Below are positions 23,012-31,007 of a stretch of 32,000 nt of DNA, piece by piece (the first letter of the stretch is position 1; each line of letters begins with the position of its first letter). Both the position numbers and the translations under genes were made by a program. The stretch comes from a virus, in IMG/VR virus record IMGVR_UViG_3300037851_001030, positions 162,644-194,643 of that record. The stretch is one strand, 5' to 3'. Under the pieces are notes generated by a model. It saw nothing but the letters and a program-made list of their open reading frames with translations. It was not told where the DNA came from and did no database searches.

Positions 23012-23575
23012 CTAGTGCCACTGACTGAAGGGCGTGCTGACGGCAGCCGGCTGGTCGCTGGCCTTGGTGATCACCCGCCAGCTATGGCTGGTCTCGGACG
23101 CTGGGTCCAGAGTCCAGTGGCTGAGCTGGAACTTCAGCGTCCGGGGGTCGAACGCGGTCTGCCCGGTCGCAATCCAGGGTCCGGCGATGGCGTCGAACTT
23201 CAGGATCGCGCGCTTCTGCGAGACCATCGCGCGGTCCGCCAGGTCGGACGCCTTGCTGACGAGAATCCCGATAACCTGCTGCGCGTGCGACCATTGAATA
23301 CGAGGCACGAGCTGTGCGAAGGCCCGCTCGAGAGCCTTGCGCAGGAGCCTGAGCCCGTCCGCGGTCGCCTGCCAGAGTAGCCCGAGCTGTACGAGTGCAT
23401 CGGTCGGCTTCACACGACTAGCGGTCAGGTCTTCGAGCAGCTTCCGGTCCTCGGCCGAGCCGCGCTCCTCGACCCTCTGCACTAGGTAGTCGCCCACGTT
23501 CTCGACCGTGGGGTTAGCCCAGAGGTCGCGCTCGCGCGGTCCGAGAGCTGCGGTGCGAAGGTCAGCGAGGTTCAC
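23012..23575 (-). CDS. hypothetical protein, NVGD-domain paralogue C, leader-bearing (187 aa, GTG start)
   Basis: GGGAGGTGG RBS and a GTGA overlap with the upstream stop. MNLADLRTAALG ... VENVGDYLVQRV ... RKLLEDLTASRVKPTDA aligns with paralogues A and B. Confidence 0.65.
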   Translation of the reverse strand: MNLADLRTAALGPRERDLWANPTVENVGDYLVQRVEERGSAEDRKLLEDLTASRVKPTDALVQLGLLWQATADGLRLLRKALERAFAQLVPRIQWSHAQQVIGILVSKASDLADRAMVSQKRAILKFDAIAGPWIATGQTAFDPRTLKFQLSHWTLDPASETSHSWRVITKASDQPAAVSTPFSQWH

Positions 23576-24432
23576 TGGCCACCTCCCGCGATAATCCAGT
23601 AGGTATGTCCGCCCCCGATGTCCTTGGCCGCCATCTTCTCGATCTTGCGGGCGCGCGCCATCCGCTCAAGGGTCGCCACGATATCACGCGCGTCCTCGGA
23701 GCGCCTGCGCTCGGTTGCGAGCCCCCGGTTCTCGAGCAGGTCGAGCGTGAGGCCGCGCGTGGTCACGCTCTTATCACGGTAGCTGGTACCGTACTTCGCC
23801 GCAGCCGTGAGGATGGAGAGGATCGCGGTCTCGATCGCGGCAAGCCAGCGCTTGCGCCCCTCAGGTCCCTCGTGCAGACCCTCGGGTCCGTCCCAATGCT
23901 CGCGCCACTGGAAGCCCGTGTGCTCCCGTCGCTTCGGTGGCTCCATGACGGCCTTGACCTCGGCCGCCAGCGCCTTGGCCTCGGGCTCCAGCTTGGTGTC
24001 GACCTGGTCGTAGGGGACCCGGATGATGCGGGAGAGGTCCGGGCGCGGCCCCGCGGGTTCGCCGCCACCCAGCTCGTCGATCTTCGACCGCAGGCGATCA
24101 CGTACCCCCGGGATGCGGAGCGACGAGGTCGGCGAGACGAAGAGTCGAAGGTCCTTATCCCAGAAGCTATGGGATACGAGCGCCACGAGCCAGACGCCAC
24201 CGTACTGCTTGAGGTAGCCATAGGTCTTGTCGCGCTGACCGCCTGTCCACCGCCGCGTCAACTCGTCGTTCTCGCGCCAGCCATGAGTCTTGAGCCAGCG
24301 CTCGACGTCGTGACACGACGACGCGGCCGCACGCACGACCTTGTCGAGGGCCTCTTTGTTCGCCGACTGCTCGGCGTCGGAAAGCGACTCGGTCGCGGTT
24401 CGAAGTCTCGATGCCAGTGCTCTGATCTCCAT
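23572..24432 (-). CDS. hypothetical protein, leader-bearing (286 aa)
   Basis: Starts MEIRALASRLRTATES. Balanced composition. The antisense ORF 23605-24483 is Arg/Gly/Leu-rich junk. Confidence 0.7.
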   Translation of the reverse strand: MEIRALASRLRTATESLSDAEQSANKEALDKVVRAAASSCHDVERWLKTHGWRENDELTRRWTGGQRDKTYGYLKQYGGVWLVALVSHSFWDKDLRLFVSPTSSLRIPGVRDRLRSKIDELGGGEPAGPRPDLSRIIRVPYDQVDTKLEPEAKALAAEVKAVMEPPKRREHTGFQWREHWDGPEGLHEGPEGRKRWLAAIETAILSILTAAAKYGTSYRDKSVTTRGLTLDLLENRGLATERRRSEDARDIVATLERMARARKIEKMAAKDIGGGHTYWIIAGGGQ

Positions 24433-24479
24433 GTCCCTTTACCTTTAGCTGTCGTGTGGTGTCCAGTGCTGATGGTAGC

Positions 24480-24779
24480 CTAACGCATGTGTCGATCTGG
24501 GTCAATCGTCTTGAACACCGGGCGCAGAGCATTCCTATATGACGCGATACTGGTCTTCAGGCTCGCGAGTGCCCCCTGCAAGTCGACGGATACCTGCTGA
24601 GCGCCTACTTGTTTCAGGTTCAATACCATGTCCTTCAACCAGACACTGTGCGCCTCATAAAGGTCCAGTTGGTCTATCAGCCACCAGAACAGGCCCTCGG
24701 TGTCGTCCGCGCTCTTGATCCGTGGGGGAGCACCGTGTGACTGCTGGGCCTGTCTCTTAAGGTGAGCGCTGATCCTCAT
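24480..24779 (-). CDS. hypothetical protein (99 aa), loose leader
   Basis: Starts MRISAHLKRQAQQS. Tightly spaced within the minus-strand operon. Confidence 0.5.
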   Translation of the reverse strand: MRISAHLKRQAQQSHGAPPRIKSADDTEGLFWWLIDQLDLYEAHSVWLKDMVLNLKQVGAQQVSVDLQGALASLKTSIASYRNALRPVFKTIDPDRHMR

Positions 24780-24789
24780 CGTAGTCTCC

Positions 24790-25431
24790 TCAGCCCGCGA
24801 TCGCGAGCATGTCCCACCGGACCTCGAAGGCCCGGATCAGTTCCTCAGCATTGTGAAGCGCGGGCGTTGAGGTCACGACTTCCATCGCCGCGGTCCAGTT
24901 CACGGTCTGGCCCTCGGACGAGTTCTCCGTCCAGCTCGGGCCCTCGGGCGTGAACCAGCCGCGCAAGATAATCGCGGGGAACGCGAGGCTCGTATGCAGC
25001 ATGACATGGTAGTTCTCGCGGCCGTCCGGGAGCAGCGGCTCCTCGTCCATGATGCTCATGAACTTGTAGAAGTCGCGAAGGCCTGGTGGCATGCGCTCGT
25101 CGTACTGGCTCGCGAGGATGTTGCCCGTCTGGAACGTCATCCGCACCTGAAACGTCGAGTAGTGCGTCTTCCGATAGCGGCTGCGGTGCACGTAGCGCAA
25201 GGCTCCGCCCATCACCTGCTGGATGGCGGCCCGCTGCGGCAAGGTCCATTCGGCCTGCGACGCGTTGACCCAGCTCGTGACGATGCGGCTGTCATCGTTC
25301 GCGAGCAAGGCCCGCTCCGTAGCTATCACCGCAGGTATGCGCCAGCCGATGTAGGGATGCGCTTCGTCGAACGGGGCATCCCGTCCTAAGATAGCTTGGA
25401 GATCTTTCGGGATGGGTACTTGGCTCGCCAC
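24790..25431 (-). CDS. hypothetical protein (213 aa); weak resemblance to T4 gp19-type tail-tube/baseplate family
   Basis: The C-terminal IILRGWFTPEGPSWTENSSEGQTVNWTAAMEV loosely parallels the gp19 C-terminal pattern (i.l.G.wP......l.w....nei.tfeVt). The ORF itself is well supported. The family call is speculative. Confidence 0.6.
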   Translation of the reverse strand: MASQVPIPKDLQAILGRDAPFDEAHPYIGWRIPAVIATERALLANDDSRIVTSWVNASQAEWTLPQRAAIQQVMGGALRYVHRSRYRKTHYSTFQVRMTFQTGNILASQYDERMPPGLRDFYKFMSIMDEEPLLPDGRENYHVMLHTSLAFPAIILRGWFTPEGPSWTENSSEGQTVNWTAAMEVVTSTPALHNAEELIRAFEVRWDMLAIAG

Positions 25432-25450
25432 GCCAAAGGCTAGGCCGGGG

Positions 25451-26167
25451 CTACTTACTGCCCGTGACCTTGGCCAGACGCTCGCGAATCCACTCGTGGG
25501 TCTGGCCCGACGTCATCTTCTGGAGCATGAAGTTGAGATCCGCGATCGTGAGCATCGACGCCATGGACTTGAGCTGGTTCACGACCTGGCTGTCCATCTC
25601 CGGCAGGTAGCCCGCGGCGAGAGCCAGCACCTTGGCCTGGACCCCATCGGTGCCGGCAGTCGCGAACTGGTAGGCGGACCGTCCGCCCGGCGAGGTGCTC
25701 GTGCGCTCCGTCAGCTCCTCGATCGGACTCTTGACCTGGAGCACGCGGGCCACGCGCGGGCTGACCGGAGGCTGACCGGCCACGTGCGCGATCGGGGTCT
25801 GGCCACCAGCCATCTCGGCGGCCGCCGCCTGCGTCTGCTCGTGCCGGTTGTTGGCGCGGCGCAGGCGCGCCTGCATCTCGGCCCTGACCTCGGGGTTAGC
25901 CAGAATCTCGCGCGCGGGCTTGCCTGGGATCACTTGCAACGCTCCGGAGTCGAGGAACCGTTGTAGCTCGTCGTTGGCCTCGAGCAGCGCGTTCTTGGGC
26001 ACGCGCCCCGGGTAGATCTGATACGGGAAGTTGCCGGGTGGGATGTAGAGCGTGTAGGGCGGTCGGCCTGCCACCCGGAAGTTGACGACGACGGTTGCGT
26101 TGTTACCGGAGTTGTTGCGGACGTAGAGGCAGTTCCACTTCTCGACGCGTTCGGCAATGCTGAGCAT
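25451..26167 (-). CDS. hypothetical protein (238 aa)
   Basis: I prefer ATG 26167 (AAAGGA upstream), giving MLSIAERVEKWNCLYVRNNSG. The track extension to 26269 would cross the divergent intergenic palindrome. Confidence 0.65.
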   Translation of the reverse strand: MLSIAERVEKWNCLYVRNNSGNNATVVVNFRVAGRPPYTLYIPPGNFPYQIYPGRVPKNALLEANDELQRFLDSGALQVIPGKPAREILANPEVRAEMQARLRRANNRHEQTQAAAAEMAGGQTPIAHVAGQPPVSPRVARVLQVKSPIEELTERTSTSPGGRSAYQFATAGTDGVQAKVLALAAGYLPEMDSQVVNQLKSMASMLTIADLNFMLQKMTSGQTHEWIRERLAKVTGSK

Positions 26168-26193
26168 AAGACGAGTCCTTTCGGTTGTGTGAC

Positions 26194-26219
26194 CAAACCT
26201 AGCCCCTGGTCTAGGTTTG
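26194..26219. promoter_or_regulatory. perfect 9-bp inverted repeat CAAACCTAG-N8-CTAGGTTTG in a 50-bp divergent intergenic region (operator candidate)
   Basis: 26194-26202 and 26211-26219 are exact reverse complements. The right arm overlaps the TTG 26217 start candidate. Confidence 0.45.
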
Positions 26220-26708
26220 AGCGTGGACAACTTCAGGGTCCTCGTACTCTCGGCCGTGGCCTCGGACACCGTCGAGGTGACGAGCCACGTATCGAAGCAG
26301 ATAGTAGAGCGGGCGAGGGCCGCCGACGAGGTCGACGTTCGCCGCTGGATCCGGCTCTACGGGTCCGCCTGGTCCAGGGCCGGGAGCGGGCTCGTGACCG
26401 TGACCTTCGGGGTGGACCCGATCCACGGCGGGGTCGTGCCCGACGACTTCTCGGCCGAGGTCATCTGCTTCGCGCATGGCGGCACCGAGGTCGGCGCGAT
26501 CTTCGCAGGCGACCTCTACGGGCGACCCATCGACAGCGTGACCTGGACCGTACGGTTCGTCACGAACTACGTGGGCGGCTACGTCAGGATCGTCCCGGAG
26601 CACCCCTACATGGGTACGATCGAGGTCCCGATCGCGGAGGATCCCCACACGCCGCCGTATGCGATCCCGGGGCCAGACCCCGCGTACCCGCAAGGGGGCA
26701 ACGCGTGA
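26217..26708 (+). CDS. hypothetical protein (163 aa; TTG 26217 or GTG 26223 start)
   Basis: Balanced, beta-rich composition (LVTVTFGVDPIHGGVVPDDFSAEVICFAHGG...). The overlapping frame 26189-26887 is Arg/Gly-rich junk over this span. Confidence 0.6.
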   Translation: MSVDNFRVLVLSAVASDTVEVTSHVSKQIVERARAADEVDVRRWIRLYGSAWSRAGSGLVTVTFGVDPIHGGVVPDDFSAEVICFAHGGTEVGAIFAGDLYGRPIDSVTWTVRFVTNYVGGYVRIVPEHPYMGTIEVPIAEDPHTPPYAIPGPDPAYPQGGNA

Positions 26709-26887
26709 CCGAAGCCCTCAGCATCGTCAAGGCCGCTCCACTACAGACGCACCCGAGCTACGGAATCGGAGGCCTCGAGCTGTACGTTCGGGACCACCTG
26801 CACGGGCGCCTATTTCTGGTTGCGCTCGTCATCACGCCCCGAGGCCTGACGACCCAAGTTTCGGAACGACATGGAGATACAAAGTGA
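26705..26887 (+). CDS. small hypothetical protein (60 aa, GTG start)
   Basis: GTGA start/stop overlaps at both ends (26705-26708 and 26884-26887). Reads MTEALSIVKAAPLQTHPSYGIGGLELYVRDHLHGRLFLVALVITPRGLTTQVSERHGDTK. Confidence 0.4.
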   Translation: MTEALSIVKAAPLQTHPSYGIGGLELYVRDHLHGRLFLVALVITPRGLTTQVSERHGDTK

Positions 26888-27276
26888 TATACTCGGTTCA
26901 GCGCCTTATCAGGATAGAAGTGCCGGCCGCCAGCTACTACGAGTACGTGCTGGAGCAGCAGGTCTCGGTCCCCCACGTGATCGACGCGCACCTGCTCTTC
27001 GTCAATAACACCGCGACCGATGCCGCGCTTCGGGTCAAGACCACGATCTCGGTCTCGGGCTCGTTCACGGACACGTTCACGGTGGTCAACGACGTGGCGG
27101 TGCCCCTGGGGTCGACCTATGCCTACGTGCCAGGCGTGCCGCTCATCCGCGACGGTATCCGTACTCATACCGTGAGATACATCAACAACGACGGCGTTAA
27201 CCGGTACCTGTACGCGATCCTAAGCGGCTGGGCCGACATCAAGACCACGCTCAGCGGCAACGTGGTAACGAGCTAG
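26884..27276 (+). CDS. hypothetical beta-rich protein (130 aa, GTG start)
   Basis: GGAGA lies 8 nt upstream of GTG 26884. The upstream part of track ORF 26659-27276 is Arg/Pro junk. Its C-terminal GW motif is shared with ORF 21880-22356. Confidence 0.6.
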   Translation: MIYSVQRLIRIEVPAASYYEYVLEQQVSVPHVIDAHLLFVNNTATDAALRVKTTISVSGSFTDTFTVVNDVAVPLGSTYAYVPGVPLIRDGIRTHTVRYINNDGVNRYLYAILSGWADIKTTLSGNVVTS

Positions 27277-27313
27277 GCTAGTCTTCAGCCAGAACGCGCG
27301 GCCGGAGAAACCG

Positions 27314-28243
27314 ATGACCATCACGAAGATCGCGGGCGAGCACCTGATCGAGCGTACGGCGGAGACGATCCTGGTTCAGGGCCAGCGGGTGGCCGCCGTC
27401 GAGCCGCTCAAGAACGGGCTCGTGCGCGTGTACTGTGACCGGGGCGTGGTCACGGGAAAGCCCGAGCGCCTGCTTCCGCTCGCGCTCCGGAGACAGCTCG
27501 CGTACACCCTCATGCCCGAGGTTGTGGCTCCCGACCGAACCTACGATCCGGACTCGACGGTAGACCCGGCCTTCAAGCCGGCGCCGCGCACCCCGAACCT
27601 TAGCCCGCGCGAGCAGGCGGTGCTCCGCACGTTCCAGAACGCGCCGAACCTGCACCCGGATGATGGGGACCCTGACATCGACCAGAAGGAGAAGGAGCGC
27701 GCGACGCTCGTGTCACCGATGGAGCGCGCGGTCCAGAAGCAGCACCCCGGCAGCAAGCCCGTGATGGCGACGTCCGGCGATGCGGACGCTTACCAGAAAT
27801 ACTTCAAGGGCAAGCTGAAGGAATGGGGCATCGAGTCGCCCGCGGACCTCGACGACGCGCAGAAAGCGAAGTTCTTCGACGACGTGGACGCGGGCTGGAC
27901 CGCGAGCGACGAGAAGAAGAGGTCTGCGTTCGCGCGCAGGGCGTCGGCCAAGGACGGACTCTTCGCGATCTCCTCCATGGCCAACAAGCTGGCGGACAAG
28001 GCCGTGCGCCAGGGCACGGACTGGAAGAAGGGTCAGGTGTACCCTCGGAAGTGGTATTCGACGCTCGAGGCACAGCTAGGGCCTCTGGGTGCTCCTCAGC
28101 TCAAGGCATTCGACGTGCTTTTCGATCACTTCCTACGTATCTACAGCGATATAGAGGGGGAATACGCGAAGCACTACCAGAACCTGTCGAACGTCGAGCG
28201 TCTGATGTCCCAGGTCAAGACCAGATACCAGCTCGTGGACTGA
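27314..28243 (+). CDS. hypothetical protein (309 aa)
   Basis: Long ORF with balanced composition. No family recognised. Confidence 0.7.
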   Translation: MTITKIAGEHLIERTAETILVQGQRVAAVEPLKNGLVRVYCDRGVVTGKPERLLPLALRRQLAYTLMPEVVAPDRTYDPDSTVDPAFKPAPRTPNLSPREQAVLRTFQNAPNLHPDDGDPDIDQKEKERATLVSPMERAVQKQHPGSKPVMATSGDADAYQKYFKGKLKEWGIESPADLDDAQKAKFFDDVDAGWTASDEKKRSAFARRASAKDGLFAISSMANKLADKAVRQGTDWKKGQVYPRKWYSTLEAQLGPLGAPQLKAFDVLFDHFLRIYSDIEGEYAKHYQNLSNVERLMSQVKTRYQLVD

Positions 28244-28246
28244 CCC

Positions 28247-28804
28247 ATGGCGTCCGATCCATCCATTACCCGACCCACCCCGCGGCGCGTGGGTATCGCC
28301 CTGCATAAGGGAAGCCGAGTCATCACGCTACGCGGTCCCGGGACCGTGGTCGACGTGTTCCTGACCGTCGGTAAGTGGGCCGACGACGCCACCACGTTCC
28401 TGCCGCCCCAGGTCGTGGTAGAACTCGACGAGCCCTGGGATGGCGAGCACCAGGTGACGACCTACGCGCACCAGCTCAACTTCCCGGACGTCGAAGAGGA
28501 CCGCCCGTTCTTCGAGCCCGCACAACGGGTCTGGGGTGAGCAGATCGAGGAGTCTGCCATGCAACGCAGGCCAGCGCCAGAGCCGAAGCACCCCGTAAGC
28601 GCTATGCTGCGCGTCGCCAGCGCCCGTTGCTGGGGCTGTGGCAAGAAGCTCGGGACCGACGACGAAGAGGGCCTATGCGAGAGCTGCGCGAAGACGGTCG
28701 CCGTCTTCCGCGATCCGAGCGGACCGCAGTTCCTCCACCAGCAGCTCAACATCCAGCCGATCGTGGACCTGCGGTCGCAGCCACTCATGATGCCGGGGTA
28801 CTGA
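28247..28804 (+). CDS. hypothetical protein with C-terminal CxxC..CxxC zinc ribbon (185 aa)
   Basis: CWGCGKKLGTDDEEGLCESC. Starts 3 nt after the previous stop. Confidence 0.65.
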   Translation: MASDPSITRPTPRRVGIALHKGSRVITLRGPGTVVDVFLTVGKWADDATTFLPPQVVVELDEPWDGEHQVTTYAHQLNFPDVEEDRPFFEPAQRVWGEQIEESAMQRRPAPEPKHPVSAMLRVASARCWGCGKKLGTDDEEGLCESCAKTVAVFRDPSGPQFLHQQLNIQPIVDLRSQPLMMPGY

Positions 28805-28806
28805 CC

Positions 28807-29130
28807 ATGAAGCTATCGGAACTGGTAAGAACGGCCGGACTTCGAACGGCATCGTCGGATAACGCGTTCTGGTACCTGGTGCCGAGCCGCGACTACACAG
28901 AGGTCGCCCACTCGATCAACGACGCGGACGAGCAGACCGCGGGCCTGTTCGTGGACGTCTGCGAGAAGCTGGCCGGCGCCCTCAAGCTGTCGTCGGGAGA
29001 AGCCGAGGCCCTTGACCGCGTGCTTCAGGTAGTGAAGAATCACCGTACGTGGAAGCCGGACCTCATCCGCAACAACGTATTCAAGGCCGCCAACGCGCTT
29101 GGGCTGAAGCTGCCGAGCCACATGTTCTAA
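28807..29130 (+). CDS. hypothetical protein, leader-bearing (107 aa)
   Basis: ATG 28807 is an internal ATG of track ORF 28627-29130 and gives MKLSELVRTAGLRTASS. Starts 2 nt after the previous stop. Confidence 0.6.
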   Translation: MKLSELVRTAGLRTASSDNAFWYLVPSRDYTEVAHSINDADEQTAGLFVDVCEKLAGALKLSSGEAEALDRVLQVVKNHRTWKPDLIRNNVFKAANALGLKLPSHMF

Positions 29131-29133
29131 GCC

Positions 29134-29388
29134 ATGACCCAGCTAACGACCGAGATCTTGCAGCGCGTGCTGGGTGCGGTCGACCCGAAGCGGCCGAAGA
29201 CCGTGGCGTTGATCGCGCACCTCAGCCACCTGACGCGTGCGGATACGGTGCGGGCGCTGGCCATGCTCCACGTTCAGGGCTACCTCGCCACGATCCATCA
29301 CCGGTCCAGCGACGGCAACAACGACCCGCTCTATATCCGTACGGATAAGCCGGAGTCGGAGGTCGTCGGGGTTGAGCACGCTAAGTAG
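29134..29388 (+). CDS. small winged-helix DNA-binding protein candidate (84 aa)
   Basis: VALIAHLSHLTRADTVRALAMLHVQGYLATIHHRSSDGNNDPLYIRT reads as HTH plus beta-wing, MarR/ArsR-like in outline. Motif-level call only. Confidence 0.5.
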   Translation: MTQLTTEILQRVLGAVDPKRPKTVALIAHLSHLTRADTVRALAMLHVQGYLATIHHRSSDGNNDPLYIRTDKPESEVVGVEHAK

Positions 29389-29417
29389 CCATGTTCTACT
29401 ACCAGGCCTCCGACCAC

Positions 29418-29453
29418 GCATGTCCAAGACCCTCAACCGGAGGTTGGACATGC
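29418..29453. terminator. strong hairpin between convergent gene blocks (bidirectional terminator candidate, no U-tract)
   Basis: GCATGTCCAA (29418-29427) and TTGGACATGC (29444-29453) are exact reverse complements. An inner CCTC/GAGG 4-bp extension follows. It lies 30 nt after the wHTH stop. Confidence 0.5.
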
Positions 29454-29585
29454 AGAGTGGCACGAGCCCGAGGACGTTTCGCCCCCGCCGCGAGCTAGCG
29501 GAGCTTCTCCAAGACCGGGACCGCGGATCTCACCGCGTACGTTCGCGTCGCGAGGCGCGCACGCGGCGGTGCTACAAACGATGGC

Positions 29586-29840
29586 TCACCCGTCGTCGAC
29601 GGCGGTCCGAGACGTGATCCGTCCACCCCACTCTACCACGACGTCTTCACCCATGTGACACCAGTAGCCCCAGAATGACCGGTACCCGCTAGCCTTGTCT
29701 ACAATCACATTGCTTTTGCCAGGCCAGCCAAAGCGTAGGCCGTAAGTCTCGTCGTTCGACAGGCACACGCGTACGGGGCTCTCGGGATCTGGCGGCGTTA
29801 CCAGAAACAGGTCGCCTGGCTTGAGGTCGCGCGCTAGCAT
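29586..29840 (-). CDS. hypothetical protein (84 aa)
   Basis: I prefer ATG 29840, giving MLARDLKPGDLFLVTPPDPESPVRVCLSNDETYGLRF. The track extension to 29978 is Arg/Pro-rich and overlaps the upstream ORF. Confidence 0.5.
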   Translation of the reverse strand: MLARDLKPGDLFLVTPPDPESPVRVCLSNDETYGLRFGWPGKSNVIVDKASGYRSFWGYWCHMGEDVVVEWGGRITSRTAVDDG

Positions 29841-30118
29841 GCTTGTCGGATCCTTCGTCCGTTGTCGAGCGCCTGAATGATCTGCTCGCGGTTCATCGAT
29901 GGCCAGTTCTCGGGGGCGTCTGGCAGGAACCGGACATAAGCCGCCTTCGTGCGGCCGGTCGCCCCGCACTGTACACACTTCACGGTCGAGTACGTGCTAA
30001 GCGTGTAGTGGTAGCCGGCGAAAGCTGAGAAGTGGCAATGGCGAGCGACCACGATCCAGCGCCGCTGCATCACAGGTCGCCGTCGCTCGTCGCACTTGCA
30101 ATTGAAGCTCTGAGCCAC
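29834..30118 (-). CDS. hypothetical Cys/His-rich protein (94 aa)
   Basis: CKCDERRRP..CHFSAF..CVQCG. Overlaps the downstream ORF by 7 nt. Confidence 0.5.
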   Translation of the reverse strand: MAQSFNCKCDERRRPVMQRRWIVVARHCHFSAFAGYHYTLSTYSTVKCVQCGATGRTKAAYVRFLPDAPENWPSMNREQIIQALDNGRRIRQAC

Positions 30119-30138
30119 TTGTGCACCTCTGCCTAAGG

Positions 30139-30468
30139 CTAGCTCAGCTTGCTCATCTTCCTAAGCAGTCGAGCCTTGGCCTTTCGCCAGTCGCTGCCAG
30201 GAGCGCACTCTTCGATCACCTTGACCACAGTGAGATCGACCCGCTTGCTGTCGACCGCGTACTCAAGCAAAAACCATTGGGCCAGCGTATACACGGGCTT
30301 CGTATAGTTTCCTGCCCAGTTCCTGCAACCACCGACACGCATGACCAAGTAACGGTCGGTTCGGTCCACGAGCCAGGGCTGACTATCTCCGTAACCCCAG
30401 TCTAGACCAAGAAAGACCACGCGGTCATCGCGGAAACGGAAATGGAACCCGTCGAGTAGGTTCTTCAT
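30139..30468 (-). CDS. hypothetical protein (109 aa)
   Basis: ATGA overlap with the upstream gene's stop. Balanced composition. Confidence 0.6.
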   Translation of the reverse strand: MKNLLDGFHFRFRDDRVVFLGLDWGYGDSQPWLVDRTDRYLVMRVGGCRNWAGNYTKPVYTLAQWFLLEYAVDSKRVDLTVVKVIEECAPGSDWRKAKARLLRKMSKLS

Positions 30469-31007
30469 CTGGCTGTCCAGTACATGGAGTGGGTGACGTC
30501 AGAAATTTCGAGCGCACCAGTGACCGGCATGAGTCCGTACTTGTGTATACAGCCTGATAGACTAGCCAGCGAGACCTCGGACCCGAAGTCGTGGACGCCA
30601 ATGAGATCCCCCGTGCGTAGATGCGGGGCAACTATCTCGAACTCAAGCTTCTTCCGAACTCCATCGACGAACACGAACGCGGGTCGTGGCAACGTGTCCA
30701 TGAAGAGGTGAACGGCGTCGGGGTCGTGGCAGTTTAGGTGCATGTATTGCACGCCAAGGGTTGTGTGGAGCACCTTCGTTCTCGCCGAGCGTCGATCGAC
30801 CACGTCCGCGGTCCAGGTTGCGAAAGGGAACCAGGTGCCAAGGTATGAGGCGACGCCGCCGAGCCAGGTTCCGATTTCGAAGGCGGCCGCTAGCGAGTAA
30901 CGCTCGAACAGCTCGCCCACGTACTGCACGTTGGCCCAGGTCTGGCCCATGCGCCCGCCTGCGCACGGCCAACCGTCGGTGTTGATGTCGTACCACGCAC
31001 AGCTCAT
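30465..31007 (-). CDS. class I methyltransferase-like protein (CmcI/Methyltransf_24-like), 180 aa
   Basis: AFEIGTWLGGVASYL (E-x-G-T-x-x-G-G motif I variant), TWTADVVD and AFVFVDGVRKKLE. ATG 31007 overlaps the upstream stop (ATGA). The track extension to 31106 is rejected. Confidence 0.5.
   Translation of the reverse strand: MSCAWYDINTDGWPCAGGRMGQTWANVQYVGELFERYSLAAAFEIGTWLGGVASYLGTWFPFATWTADVVDRRSARTKVLHTTLGVQYMHLNCHDPDAVHLFMDTLPRPAFVFVDGVRKKLEFEIVAPHLRTGDLIGVHDFGSEVSLASLSGCIHKYGLMPVTGALEISDVTHSMYWTAR

Noticed and set aside
23605-24483. 292-aa plus-strand ORF antisense to the 286-aa leader-bearing gene
   Set aside because: It is Arg/Leu/Gly-rich, has no RBS, and would break a tightly coupled minus-strand operon.
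26189-26704. Upstream 172 codons of track ORF 26189-26887
   Set aside because: The Arg/Gly/Asp-rich junk frame overlaps the better ORF 26217-26708. Only the last 60 codons, from GTG 26705, look like a gene.
29420-29617. Highly basic 65-aa ORF (MSKTLNRRLDMQSGTSPRTFRPRRE...RRRRRSET), tempting as a protamine-like DNA-condensing protein
   Set aside because: Its ATG lies inside the left arm of the strong 29418-29453 hairpin at a convergent junction. It has no RBS. Its Arg-rich composition is typical of GC-rich non-coding frames, and it overlaps the 3' end of the convergent ORF 29586-29840.
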